Shown: piece by piece, positions 8,981-17,811 of the stretch | Layout: each line of letters opens with the position of its first letter | Numbering within the stretch: position 1 is the stretch's first letter | Assembly: GCA_050692975.1 (NCBI GenBank) | Contig: JBOGWH010000300.1 | Coordinates: 1-32,740, forward strand | DNA from: Actinomycetota bacterium | Lineage (GTDB): Bacteria > Actinomycetota > CADDZG01 > JAHWKV01 | Direction: 5' to 3' | Length of the DNA: 32,740 bases | Made by a program: the position numbers and the translations under genes | The notes under the pieces: generated by a model | The model's database searches: none | Told to the model about the DNA's origin: nothing | The model's input: the letters and a program-made list of their open reading frames with translations, nothing else

Positions 8981-9065
8981 ACCGTGACCCCCTTGATCAG
9001 GACCCTCGAAATTATATGCGCGGGGAACAAGCGCGGCGCCGCGCCCGGATAGGGTAGTCATCGCG

Positions 9066-10289
9066 ATGCAGAATATTGCCGGCAAAAGAATTGCGCTGGG
9101 AGTTTGCGGGAGCATTTCGGCCTACAAGGCCGTTGAGATCGCCCGGGAGCTGACGCAGCTGGGCGCCGACGTCCGGGTGGTCATGACACCGTCGGCGGTC
9201 AACTTCGTCGGGCCGATCACCTTCGCCACGTTGACCGGCAACCCCGTTCGCACCGAGCTTTTTCCTCGGACCGCTTCCGCGGAGATCGTGCACACCGACC
9301 TGGCCCGCACCAGCGACCTGATCGTCGTGGCGCCGGCCACGGCCAAGCTCCTGGCGAAGTACGCCCGCGGGATTGCCGATGACTTGATGTCGGCGATGCT
9401 GCTGGCGGCGGCTTGCCCTGTGGTACTGGCTCCGGCCATGCACAGTGAGATGTGGGAGGACCCGGCAACCCGGGCCAACGTTGAGGCCCTGGTCGCCGGA
9501 GGGGTCGTATTCGTGGGGCCCGACTCTGGAGCGCTGGCCGGGCCGGAAGCCGGGGTCGGCCGCCTGGCTTCCACCGAGGCAGTTATCGCGGTGATCGACG
9601 AGCAACTGGCGGCACGCACCCGGCTGGAGGGCGCCCGGGTGGTGGTTACCGCCGGAGGGACCAGAGAGCCGATCGACGATGTCCGATACATCGGCAACCA
9701 TTCCACCGGGTTGATGGGCTACGAGCTCGCCCGGGAGGCCTTGCGCCGGGGAGCTGAGGTGACGCTTATCTCCGGGCCCACCCAACTGGTCGCGCCCCGT
9801 GCGGCGAAGTTGGTGCCGGTTATTACCGCCGCCGAGATGGGCGAGGCGGTGATCAACGCACTCAGACAAGCAGACGGCCTCATCATGTGCGGGGCCGTTT
9901 CGGACTGGCAGCCCGCTGAGCCGTTTCGGGGAAAGCTGCGGCGCCTCGATGGGCCGCCGGAGCTGAAGCTGGTCCCCGCTCCCGACATCCTGGCCGAAGT
10001 TGCATCTCTGCGGCGCGCCGGGGAGCTGCCGGAGGTCAAGGCGGTGGTGGGCTTCTGCGCCGAGCTGGATGACCTCCAAAGGAAAGGAACGGAAAAGCTC
10101 AAAGCCAAAGATCTGGATCTCATGGTGGCCAATCAGGTGGGCGTGCCCGACTCCGGCTTCATCGTGAATACCAACCGGGCCGTCATCATCCACCGGGACG
10201 GGCCTCCAGAGACTCTGCCTCTTGTACCCAAGAGCGTGCTGGCCCGCAGGGTGGTCGAGGAGCTTGCCGCTCTGCTCCGACCCATATAA
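9066..10289 (+). CDS. coaBC: bifunctional phosphopantothenoylcysteine decarboxylase / phosphopantothenate-cysteine ligase
   Basis: 407 aa. N-terminal flavoprotein domain ('RIALGVCGSISAYKAVEIAREL') and C-terminal CoaB domain ('MCGAVSDWQP'). Confidence 0.94.
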   Translation: MQNIAGKRIALGVCGSISAYKAVEIARELTQLGADVRVVMTPSAVNFVGPITFATLTGNPVRTELFPRTASAEIVHTDLARTSDLIVVAPATAKLLAKYARGIADDLMSAMLLAAACPVVLAPAMHSEMWEDPATRANVEALVAGGVVFVGPDSGALAGPEAGVGRLASTEAVIAVIDEQLAARTRLEGARVVVTAGGTREPIDDVRYIGNHSTGLMGYELAREALRRGAEVTLISGPTQLVAPRAAKLVPVITAAEMGEAVINALRQADGLIMCGAVSDWQPAEPFRGKLRRLDGPPELKLVPAPDILAEVASLRRAGELPEVKAVVGFCAELDDLQRKGTEKLKAKDLDLMVANQVGVPDSGFIVNTNRAVIIHRDGPPETLPLVPKSVLARRVVEELAALLRPI

Positions 10290-10319
10290 TCCAGGTTAAA
10301 CGAGTTTAAGGAGCCTGCT

Positions 10320-11528
10320 TTGGCACGCCGTTACCTATTCACTTCCGAATCCGTAACCGAGGGACATCCCGATAAGCTCGCGGACCGGATCTCCGACGCG
10401 ATCCTCGACGCCATCATGGCGGAGGACCCCAACGGACGGGTGGCCTGTGAGACTCTGGTCACCACCGGCCAGGCCATCGTGGCCGGTGAGATAACCACCG
10501 AGACCTACGTTGAGGTCAGCGACGTCGTGCGCAAGACGATCGTTGAAGTGGGTTATGACGACGCCAAGCTCGGGATGGACGGCCACACCTGCGGCGTGCT
10601 GGTTGCCATCCAGGGCCAGTCCCCGGATATAGCTCTCGGCGTCGACCACGCTCTCGAGGAGCGCCAGGGCGGCCACGACGCGCTCGACTCCCTGGGCGCC
10701 GGAGACCAGGGAATGATGTTCGGGTTCGCCACCAGGGAACGCGACGACGTCGAGACCGAACTTATGCCCGTGCCGATCTGGCTTGCCCACAGGATGGCCC
10801 ATCGCCTGGCAGAAGAGCGCAAGAGCGGCCGGATGCCATACCTGCGGCCGGACGGAAAGACCCAGGTCACTATCCAGTACGAAAGCGGCAAGCCGGTGGG
10901 CATCGAAACGGTTTTGATCGCGGCCCAGCACCAGCCCGAGGTCGACACCGAGACCCTTCTTCAGCCCGACCTGCTCGAGTACGTCGTCAAGCCGATGGTT
11001 CCGGAAGCATTGTGGTCCGACAAAATCCGCCTTCTCGTCAATCCGACGGGTCGTTTCGAAATCGGCGGGCCGATGGCGGACACGGGACTGACCGGCCGCA
11101 AGATCATCGTGGATTCCTACGGCGGCATGTGCAGCCAGGGCGGTGGGTGCTTCTCGGGCAAGGACCCCACCAAGGTGGACCGCAGCGGCGCCTACATGGC
11201 CAGGTACGTCGCCAAGAATCTCGTTGCCTCCGGAGTGATGGACACCTGTGAAGTCCGGATTGCCTATGCCATCGGCGTCGCGCACCCGATGTCGGTGAAT
11301 ATCGACGACCGGGGGACTGCGAAGGTTGATCCCCAGAAGCTCGAGGATCTGGTTGCCGGGTATTTCGATTTCCGCCCCGGGGCGATCATCAAGCAACTGG
11401 AGCTCCAGCGTCCGATCTTCAAATCGACCAGCGCCTACGGCCATTTCGGCCGCACCGATAAGGAAAGCTTCGCCTGGGAGCGCACCGACAGGGCCGAAGA
11501 GCTCGCCAAGCTCGCACGGGACCTATAG
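10320..11528 (+). CDS. metK: S-adenosylmethionine synthetase
   Basis: 402 aa with a TTG start and AAGGAG 6 nt upstream. Motifs 'TEGHPDK', '[10 protein letters not shown]' and '[16 protein letters not shown]'. Confidence 0.97.
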   Translation: MARRYLFTSESVTEGHPDKLADRISDAILDAIMAEDPNGRVACETLVTTGQAIVAGEITTETYVEVSDVVRKTIVEVGYDDAKLGMDGHTCGVLVAIQGQSPDIALGVDHALEERQGGHDALDSLGAGDQGMMFGFATRERDDVETELMPVPIWLAHRMAHRLAEERKSGRMPYLRPDGKTQVTIQYESGKPVGIETVLIAAQHQPEVDTETLLQPDLLEYVVKPMVPEALWSDKIRLLVNPTGRFEIGGPMADTGLTGRKIIVDSYGGMCSQGGGCFSGKDPTKVDRSGAYMARYVAKNLVASGVMDTCEVRIAYAIGVAHPMSVNIDDRGTAKVDPQKLEDLVAGYFDFRPGAIIKQLELQRPIFKSTSAYGHFGRTDKESFAWERTDRAEELAKLARDL

Positions 11529-11597
11529 GCCCAACCGCGAAAGTCCTGGAGACCCGCACAAGTTAAACGTGTCGGCGGCGGTCATTAGACTGCCGCA

Positions 11598-13265
11598 ATG
11601 CTGGTTGATGTGGTGGTGGATGTTGGGGCCTGGGAGCTGGACCATCCTCTGACTTACTCGGTCCCAGAAAAGTACGCCGATCTAATCACCCTGGGGTCCG
11701 TTGTCCGCGTCACCCTGCGCAACCGCCCGGTTCGGGGCTGGGTCGTTTCCACAGACTCTTTGGGCGGCGAGCCGCGGGAAGCAATGAAAATCCTGCCGAT
11801 CAAGTCTGTTTCCGGTAAGGGGCCGGTTTTCGATGCGGCCCTCCTTGAGATGGCGCGGGCGCTGGCGGCTCGCTACGTTCACCCCTTGAGCTCGTTTCTT
11901 TCTCTCTTCACACCGCCACGGGTGGGGAGACCATCGAAAACTATGATCGCCGCTGCCCGGACGAGGAAGCCTGCAGGCAGGGGCGGTAAGGCGCTGTTGA
12001 TGCGGCTCGGAGCTGGGGAAGATGCGGTGAAGACCTACGAGGAAGAGATCCGGCGGTGCCTCGAGGGGGGAAGCGGTGCAATCGTGGCGGTGCCGGAGGT
12101 CAGGGAGGGCTCGGTGGTCCTGCAGCGCCTTGCGGACGCCCTGCCGGACGACGCGGCAGTCGTCCACAGCGGCCTCGACCCCAAAGAGAGGTCGGACGCT
12201 TTGTGGGAGGTTGGCGCCGGAAAGCGCCGGCTGGTCCTGGGGGGAAGGGCGGCCATGTTCGCTCCCCCCTTCGACCTCGGCCTCATCATCGTGCATAACG
12301 AGCACGACCGGTCCTTCAAGGACCAGCGTTCTCCCTATGTGGACGCAAGGGAGGCGGCGCTGCAGCGCGGCCGGGCCGGCGGGGCCGACGTCATCCTGGC
12401 CAGTCCTACGCCCTCCCTTGCCTCCTTCGCCCACTTCAACCGCCCGGAAGCGTTCGAGGAGCCCGACCGGGCCGGTGAGAGGTCGCGCTGGCCGGTTGTT
12501 GAGCTCGTGGAGAGGACGGGCGCGATGGTCCCGAGACGTGCCGTGGCGGCAATCATCGAGGCCCGCCGCCGCAGCGCCAAAACCCTGGTGCTTCTTCCGA
12601 GGGCTCAGCGCTCTCGCGCCGGCCCCGGCCCTAGCGAGGTGGCCTACTTCATCTCCCGGGTGGTGCCGGACGCGAAAGTGTCGAGGGTCGACCGGCCCAG
12701 TCTCGGGGATGAACCGGGAGCACTCGGTCCTGCTCTCGAAGCGGATGTCGTCGTTGCCACCGAGGCCGCCCTTGCCGAGATCCGCCGTCCCGAACTAGGG
12801 CTCGTAGTCGCCCTGGATATCGACGCCTACTTGCAGCGACCCAGCACAACTGCGGTGGAGGAGGCCTTCGCTTCGCTGTGGTCCCTGGGTTGCCTGGTCG
12901 CCGGGAAGTCGCCCAGGGGCAGGATGCTCATCGAAACCGACAGCCCGCAGCATCACCTTGTTCAGGCCCTGACCCGCGGCAGCTTCCGGTATTTCGCAGA
13001 GCGCGAGCTGGCCTACAGAAAGGAGGCCGAAGCGCCTCCGTTTCGATCGATAGTGCGCCTGGGAGTAAACGGCGAGGTATCCGGCCTGATGGACCGGCTG
13101 CAGAAGCTTCCGGGCACCACCGTCCTCGGGCCGGTCCCGGGCGGGCGGTTGGGGACCGAATTCCTGCTGAAGGCCGAGGATGCCGGGACTCTTACCGGCC
13201 CATTGGGTACCATCGTTAGAGAAGCAGAAAATCGAATTCTCGTTGAGATGGACCCCCGGGACTGA
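11598..13265 (+). CDS. priA: primosomal protein N' (PriA) homologue with degenerate helicase motifs
   Basis: 555 aa. It is collinear with PriA: the N-terminal DNA-binding region, 'VAVPEV...VVHSGLDPKERSDALW...LVLGGRAAMFAPPFDLGLIIV', and the conserved position after metK. The Walker A, DExH and Cys-rich region are not intact (see findings). Confidence 0.85.
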   Translation: MLVDVVVDVGAWELDHPLTYSVPEKYADLITLGSVVRVTLRNRPVRGWVVSTDSLGGEPREAMKILPIKSVSGKGPVFDAALLEMARALAARYVHPLSSFLSLFTPPRVGRPSKTMIAAARTRKPAGRGGKALLMRLGAGEDAVKTYEEEIRRCLEGGSGAIVAVPEVREGSVVLQRLADALPDDAAVVHSGLDPKERSDALWEVGAGKRRLVLGGRAAMFAPPFDLGLIIVHNEHDRSFKDQRSPYVDAREAALQRGRAGGADVILASPTPSLASFAHFNRPEAFEEPDRAGERSRWPVVELVERTGAMVPRRAVAAIIEARRRSAKTLVLLPRAQRSRAGPGPSEVAYFISRVVPDAKVSRVDRPSLGDEPGALGPALEADVVVATEAALAEIRRPELGLVVALDIDAYLQRPSTTAVEEAFASLWSLGCLVAGKSPRGRMLIETDSPQHHLVQALTRGSFRYFAERELAYRKEAEAPPFRSIVRLGVNGEVSGLMDRLQKLPGTTVLGPVPGGRLGTEFLLKAEDAGTLTGPLGTIVREAENRILVEMDPRD

Positions 13266-13269
13266 GTAG

Positions 13270-13785
13270 ATGGCGATATTTCCCATAAGGCTTTTTGGAG
13301 ACCCCGTTCTTCGGCAGAAGGCTGCGGAGGTCAAAGAGATCGACGACCACGTGCGGAGGCTGATGACCGACCTCACCGACACGATGATGGATGCGCCGGG
13401 CCTCGGCCTGGCGGCCAACCAGATCGGGGTCCCCAGGCGCGTACTCGTGTGGCATAACGAAGAGGACCGGGGCGCCATCGCCAACCCGCGTCTCGTCGAA
13501 CGGGCCGGCACCGACGTCGGGGAGGAAGGCTGTCTTTCTCTGCCGCCTCTGCGATATCCGGTGGAGCGGGCGAAGTGGGTCCGCGTCGAGGGCCTGGGGC
13601 CGGATGGCGAAGTTCTGATCCTTGAACGCGAGGACCTGACCGCCAGGATTCTGCAGCACGAAATCGACCACCTGGACGGAGTCCTGTTCATCGACCACCT
13701 CCCCGCGGAGCTGCAGCGTGAAGCCCGCCGCCTGCTCCGGGAACAGACTCTGGCGGGGCCCCCTGCTCCCGAGTCCACCCTTTAG
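13270..13785 (+). CDS. def: peptide deformylase
   Basis: 171 aa with the three PDF motifs 'GLGLAANQIG', 'EGCLSLP' and 'QHEIDHLDG'. Confidence 0.96.
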   Translation: MAIFPIRLFGDPVLRQKAAEVKEIDDHVRRLMTDLTDTMMDAPGLGLAANQIGVPRRVLVWHNEEDRGAIANPRLVERAGTDVGEEGCLSLPPLRYPVERAKWVRVEGLGPDGEVLILEREDLTARILQHEIDHLDGVLFIDHLPAELQREARRLLREQTLAGPPAPESTL

Positions 13786-13788
13786 TCG

Positions 13789-14727
13789 GTGGCGTTGAGG
13801 GTCGCTTTTTTCGGCACGCCCCAGGCAGCGGTACCGACTCTTCAAGCGCTGATCGATTCGCCCCACGAGGTCGTGGGCGTGCTGACTGCGCCGGACAAGC
13901 CGAAAGGCAGGGGTATGCAGGTCGAGGCTCCGCCGGTTAAGAAGCTTGCCGCCGGCGCCGGCTTGGCCGTTCACCAGCCCGCAACCCTGAAGACCCCGGA
14001 GGGCCAGGGGCTGGTCGCGGATCTCAACGCCGATGTTGTAGTGGTGGCGGCCTACGGATTCATCCTGCCGAAGGCCGTCCTGGACTCGCCCCGCTTCGGA
14101 TGCATCAATGTGCACTTTTCCATCCTGCCCAAGTACCGGGGGGCGGCCCCGGTCCAGTGGGCGGTTATCAACGGAGAGCCGGTCACGGGAGTGACCATCA
14201 TGCAGATGGACGAGGGCCTCGACACCGGCCCGATGCTGGCGGTTTACGAGGAGCCGATCGGCCCCGACGACACCGCAGGCACAATGGAGCAGAAGCTGGC
14301 TGCGGGCGGGCCGCCTCTGCTGCTGGAGGTTCTGGAAAAGGTGGAGAGCGGAACCATCGAATCCAGGCCACAGGACGACGCTCAGGCCACCCTGGCGCCG
14401 AAAATCAGCAGTGCAGACGCCCGCATCGACTGGTCGCAGGACGCGAGGTCGATCGTTAACCGGGTGCGGGGCTTGAACCCCCGGCCTGGGGCGTGGGGGA
14501 TCCTGGGGGGCAAGCGCCTGAAGATCCATCTGGCCGCCGTTGATGAGGAGCCGTTCGAGGGTCCACCCGGCGCCCTTCTCATCGAGGCAGAGACGATAAA
14601 AGTCGAGACCGGCACCCAGCGCGTGACCCTTCTGGAGGTGCAGCCGGAGGGAAAATCTCGCATGGCCGCAGCCGACTTCGTTCGGGGCTACCGTCCGGAA
14701 ACCGGCGCCGCCTTCGAAAAGCAGTAG
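13789..14727 (+). CDS. fmt: methionyl-tRNA formyltransferase
   Basis: 312 aa with a GTG start 3 nt after the def stop. Motifs 'RVAFFGTP' and 'NVHFSILPKYRGAAPVQWAV'. The def-fmt pairing is conserved. Confidence 0.95.
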   Translation: MALRVAFFGTPQAAVPTLQALIDSPHEVVGVLTAPDKPKGRGMQVEAPPVKKLAAGAGLAVHQPATLKTPEGQGLVADLNADVVVVAAYGFILPKAVLDSPRFGCINVHFSILPKYRGAAPVQWAVINGEPVTGVTIMQMDEGLDTGPMLAVYEEPIGPDDTAGTMEQKLAAGGPPLLLEVLEKVESGTIESRPQDDAQATLAPKISSADARIDWSQDARSIVNRVRGLNPRPGAWGILGGKRLKIHLAAVDEEPFEGPPGALLIEAETIKVETGTQRVTLLEVQPEGKSRMAAADFVRGYRPETGAAFEKQ

Positions 14728-14736
14728 ACGCCGGAG

Positions 14737-15555
14737 ATGGCGGGCGCCCATCGCCACCCGGAGAGTCCACGGGAGCAGGGCCGGTTCTGGGGCGGGCGGG
14801 CCCGCGATTGGGCGGAAGTCCAGGAGCCGTTTTTGGCGCCGGTGTTCGAAAAGGTCCTCGAGAAAGCCGGGGTCGGGCCTGGAATTAGGGTTCTGGACAT
14901 CGGGTGCGGGGCGGGGGGCTTTCTGAGGATGGCCGCCGCCGCCGGCGCCGTCGTCACCGGCCTTGACGCCTCGGAAGGCCTCCTGCGGATTGCTCGCGAG
15001 CGAATCCCCCGGGGCGAGTTCAGCCTGGGCGACATGCAGCACCTGCCTTTCGAAGAAGCCTCGTTCGATGTGGTGACCGCCTTCAACTCGATCCAGCATG
15101 CCCCCGATCCTGAAAAGGCCCTCGCCGAAGCCCGCCGCGTCGTCCGCCCCGGAGGCGTCGTCGCCGGGGTCGTCTGGGCCGATGAGCACGGGGACGTAGC
15201 CCGGGTGATGGATGAGGTGAGGGACATTCTGACCTCGGGTCGAGAAGACGAAGAGAGCCGGCAGAGTGAAGAGACACCCTTCGCCGGTGGTGAATCCGAC
15301 GCTCTGGTAAACCTTCTTCAGGCGGCAGGTCTTCTCCCCGAAACTCCCGTCGAGCTGGAAATCCGGATGGAATACCCGGATCGGGCGACCATGCTGAGAG
15401 GCTTCATGTCCCCCGGTCCGGTGGTTCAAGCAATCGAAAAGTTTGGGGAGACAAAGGTGAGCGAGTCTTTAGTCGAAGCCATGAAGCAGTATGCCCAAGC
15501 CGGCGGCGGTTACCGTTTGGTCAATCGGTTCGCTTTAGTTTCCAGCAGACGGTAG
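14737..15555 (+). CDS. class I SAM-dependent methyltransferase (Methyltransf_11-like), substrate unknown
   Basis: 272 aa with SAM motif I 'VLDIGCGAGGF', post-I 'VTGLDAS' and 'RVVRPGGVV'. It is not RsmB/Fmu-like, although it occupies roughly that syntenic position. Its 3' end overlaps the ribH 3' end by 46 nt. Confidence 0.8.
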   Translation: MAGAHRHPESPREQGRFWGGRARDWAEVQEPFLAPVFEKVLEKAGVGPGIRVLDIGCGAGGFLRMAAAAGAVVTGLDASEGLLRIARERIPRGEFSLGDMQHLPFEEASFDVVTAFNSIQHAPDPEKALAEARRVVRPGGVVAGVVWADEHGDVARVMDEVRDILTSGREDEESRQSEETPFAGGESDALVNLLQAAGLLPETPVELEIRMEYPDRATMLRGFMSPGPVVQAIEKFGETKVSESLVEAMKQYAQAGGGYRLVNRFALVSSRR

Positions 15556-16001
15556 GTATTAGCCAGCTCGACGGCTTCGACGGCGGCATCGTAGCCCTTG
15601 TTGCCTTTGGCGCCGCCGGCACGCTCCATCGCTTGGGCGGTGTTCTCGGTGGTGAGCACCCCGAACGTGACCGGCAGCCCGGTCTGCAGCGATACTGCGG
15701 TAACGCCCTCCTGGGCGGCCTTGCAGACGTAGGTGAAGTGCTCCGTCTTCCCCCTGATCACCGCCCCCAGGCAGACGATGCCATCGGGTTTTTCCGCCTC
15801 CGCCAGCCGGAGGGCGGCCGGCCCGAGCTCGAAGGCCCCGGGGACCTCGACTGCCGTGATCGACCGCCCGGCAACCCCGCAGTCCGCGAGCCCCTTTAAT
15901 GCCCCTTCATAAAGGCGCTCTGTGACCATGGGGTTGAAGCGGCTTACGACTATGCCGATCTTCAGTCCTTTGCCCGAATCGTTGCCCCTCAGCCGCTTCA
16001 C
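15510..16001 (-). CDS. ribH: 6,7-dimethyl-8-ribityllumazine synthase
   Basis: 163 aa with 'KIGIVVSRFNPMVTERLYEGA' and 'GTKAGNKG'-like 'GGAKGNKGYDAA'. The GTG start overlaps the ribBA stop (GTGA). Confidence 0.94.
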   Translation of the reverse strand: MKRLRGNDSGKGLKIGIVVSRFNPMVTERLYEGALKGLADCGVAGRSITAVEVPGAFELGPAALRLAEAEKPDGIVCLGAVIRGKTEHFTYVCKAAQEGVTAVSLQTGLPVTFGVLTTENTAQAMERAGGAKGNKGYDAAVEAVELANTYRLLETKANRLTKR

Positions 16002-17233
16002 GGCGAAGGGCTGGGCTCCGCAGGGGGCTCGAGGCCTTCGAGGATGTGGCCGAGCCGGTCCCGTTTGGTGCGCAGATACGCCACGTTGTGCTCCGTCGGC
16101 CTGGTCTGGATCGGTACCCGCTCGGTGATCGAAAGACCGTAGCCTTCGATGCCGGCGTACTTGCGAGGGCTGTTGGTCATCAAACGGATCGAGCTCAGAC
16201 CGAGGTCGACCAGGACCTGGGCCCCGATCCCGTAGTCGCGCTGATCTGGCTGAAAACCCAGCTCCAGGTTGGCCTCGACCGTATCGCGGCCCTGCTCCTG
16301 AAGGTTGTAGGCCCGGATCTTATGGATAAGACCGATGCCCCGGCCCTCGTGGGCCATGATGTACAAAACTACCCCGCAGCCTTCTTCTTCGATCCGGTCC
16401 ATGGCCGCGGCCAGCTGGGGGCCGCAGTCGCACCGGGCCGATCCGAAAACGTCGCCGGTGAGGCACTGAGAGTGCACCCGTACCAGCACGTCGGCCGCTC
16501 CCGCGACGTCGCCCTTGACGAAAGCCACATACTCCTGCCCGTCCACCGTCGACCGGTAGGCGTGGCAGACGAAATCTCCGAAGACCGTCGGCATGCGAGC
16601 ATCGGCGACCGACTCCACCAGCTTCTCGGTTTTTCTGCGGTGGGCGATCAGGTCGCGAATGGTCAGGATCTCCAGCCCGTGCCGGGCGGCCAGCTGCTCG
16701 AGGTACTCCAGCCGGGCCATCGAACCGTCGGGGGCCATGATCTCGGCGAGCACGCCGGCCGGGGTCAGGCCCGCTAGCGCTGCAAGGTCTGCGGCCGCCT
16801 CGGTGTGGCCGGCCCGCTTGAGGACACCTCCGGGGGCGCAGCGCAGCGGGAATACATGGCCCGGCCGGGCAAGGTCGCCCGGAAGGGTGGCCGGGTCGGC
16901 CAGTGCTCTGATGGTTGCGGCCCGGTCGTGGGCGCTGGACCCGGTATGGCCCGGGATCTTCAGGTCGACGGAAACCGAAAAGGCTGTTCCGTGCGGCGCC
17001 GTGTTGTCGGAGACCATCATCGGGATGGCCAGCTGATCCAGTCGCTTCTTGACCACGGCCACGCAGATTAGCCCCCGGGCTTCGGTCGCCATGAAATTGA
17101 GAGCCTCGGGCGTCACCTTCTCCGCCGCCATTACGAGGTCGCCCTCGTTTTCTCTGGCCTCATCGTCTATGACGATCAACATCCGCCCGGCCGAGATCTC
17201 CTCGATGGCCTTTTCAACCGATGCCAGCTTCAT
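15998..17233 (-). CDS. ribBA: bifunctional 3,4-dihydroxy-2-butanone-4-phosphate synthase / GTP cyclohydrolase II
   Basis: 411 aa. DHBPS motif '[11 protein letters not shown]' and GCH-II zinc site '[18 protein letters not shown]'. The start overlaps the ribE stop (ATGA). Confidence 0.96.
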   Translation of the reverse strand: MKLASVEKAIEEISAGRMLIVIDDEARENEGDLVMAAEKVTPEALNFMATEARGLICVAVVKKRLDQLAIPMMVSDNTAPHGTAFSVSVDLKIPGHTGSSAHDRAATIRALADPATLPGDLARPGHVFPLRCAPGGVLKRAGHTEAAADLAALAGLTPAGVLAEIMAPDGSMARLEYLEQLAARHGLEILTIRDLIAHRRKTEKLVESVADARMPTVFGDFVCHAYRSTVDGQEYVAFVKGDVAGAADVLVRVHSQCLTGDVFGSARCDCGPQLAAAMDRIEEEGCGVVLYIMAHEGRGIGLIHKIRAYNLQEQGRDTVEANLELGFQPDQRDYGIGAQVLVDLGLSSIRLMTNSPRKYAGIEGYGLSITERVPIQTRPTEHNVAYLRTKRDRLGHILEGLEPPAEPSPSP

Positions 17234-17811
17234 AAAACCCGGAACCTCTTCTCCAGAAGACTTTCGACGTATTTCGCCAGAATGTCGGCCTCAAGATTAA
17301 CCACGTCGCCGGTCTTCTTGCCCCCCAGGGTGGTGGAATCGAGGGTGAAAGGGATCAGATCGACCGAGAAGCCATCGGGGTTCACCTCTGAGATGGTGAG
17401 GCTCACCCCATCGACGGCCACGGAGCCCTTGGGGGCGAGATAGCAGTGGACTTCGCGAGGGCACCAGACTCGGACGGTGCGGGAGGATTCGTGCTGGGTG
17501 ACTCCGTCGATCCGCCCGCAGCAATCCACATGCCCCTGAACCACGTGGCCTCCCAGGCGTCCTGCTGCGGCAAGCGGGCGCTCCAGATTGACCTGACTCC
17601 CCGCCCGCAGGGCCCCGAGCGAAGTGCGGGATAGCGTTTCCTCGGAAAGGTCGGCGGAGAAACCCCCTTCCTGCGACGCAACGGCCGTCAGGCAGACGCC
17701 GTCGACCGCAATCGAGTCCCCGGGGGAGAGGGAGAGGTCGGTCCTGACCCGGATCCGGGGGCCGTCGGCCGACACGATCTCGCCGGCCGCTTCGATGATG
17801 CCCGTAAACAT
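17230..17811 (-). CDS. ribE: riboflavin synthase (alpha chain)
   Basis: 193 aa with the N-terminus 'MFTGIIE' and two lumazine-binding repeats. The start shares one nt with the ribD stop (TAATG). Confidence 0.94.
   Translation of the reverse strand: MFTGIIEAAGEIVSADGPRIRVRTDLSLSPGDSIAVDGVCLTAVASQEGGFSADLSEETLSRTSLGALRAGSQVNLERPLAAAGRLGGHVVQGHVDCCGRIDGVTQHESSRTVRVWCPREVHCYLAPKGSVAVDGVSLTISEVNPDGFSVDLIPFTLDSTTLGGKKTGDVVNLEADILAKYVESLLEKRFRVL

Noticed and set aside
8981-9115. Longer MihF versions (147 aa from 9115, or 129 aa from ATG 9061).
   Set aside because: They would overlap coaBC or leave only 4 nt between divergent start codons. Codons in 8981-9061 have about 50% GC3, against markedly higher values in genuine coding regions such as the carA-carB micro-ORF. 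MihF homology begins just after TTG 8980, which has a good SD.
10295-10302. Shared 8-mer GTTAAACG upstream of both metK (10295-10302) and priA (11562-11569).
   Set aside because: There are only two copies, at different distances from the start codons (17 and 28 nt), with no extended similarity. I cannot distinguish this from chance in short AT-richer spacers without genome-wide counts.
10290-10319. Searched for leader RNAs: a SAM riboswitch before metK, a PyrR-binding hairpin in 2579-2741, a T-box before pheS, and an L20 leader before infC.
   Set aside because: The spacers before metK (30 nt) and pheS (31 nt) are too short. GGGUAGAGGAGACC in the carA-carB gap only loosely resembles the PyrR loop consensus. 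The 148-nt csp-infC spacer has possible stems (GAGCTT 20248-20253 with AAGCTC 20312-20317; CAGGCCG 20272-20278 with CGGCCTG 20293-20299). I cannot match it to a known leader by eye.
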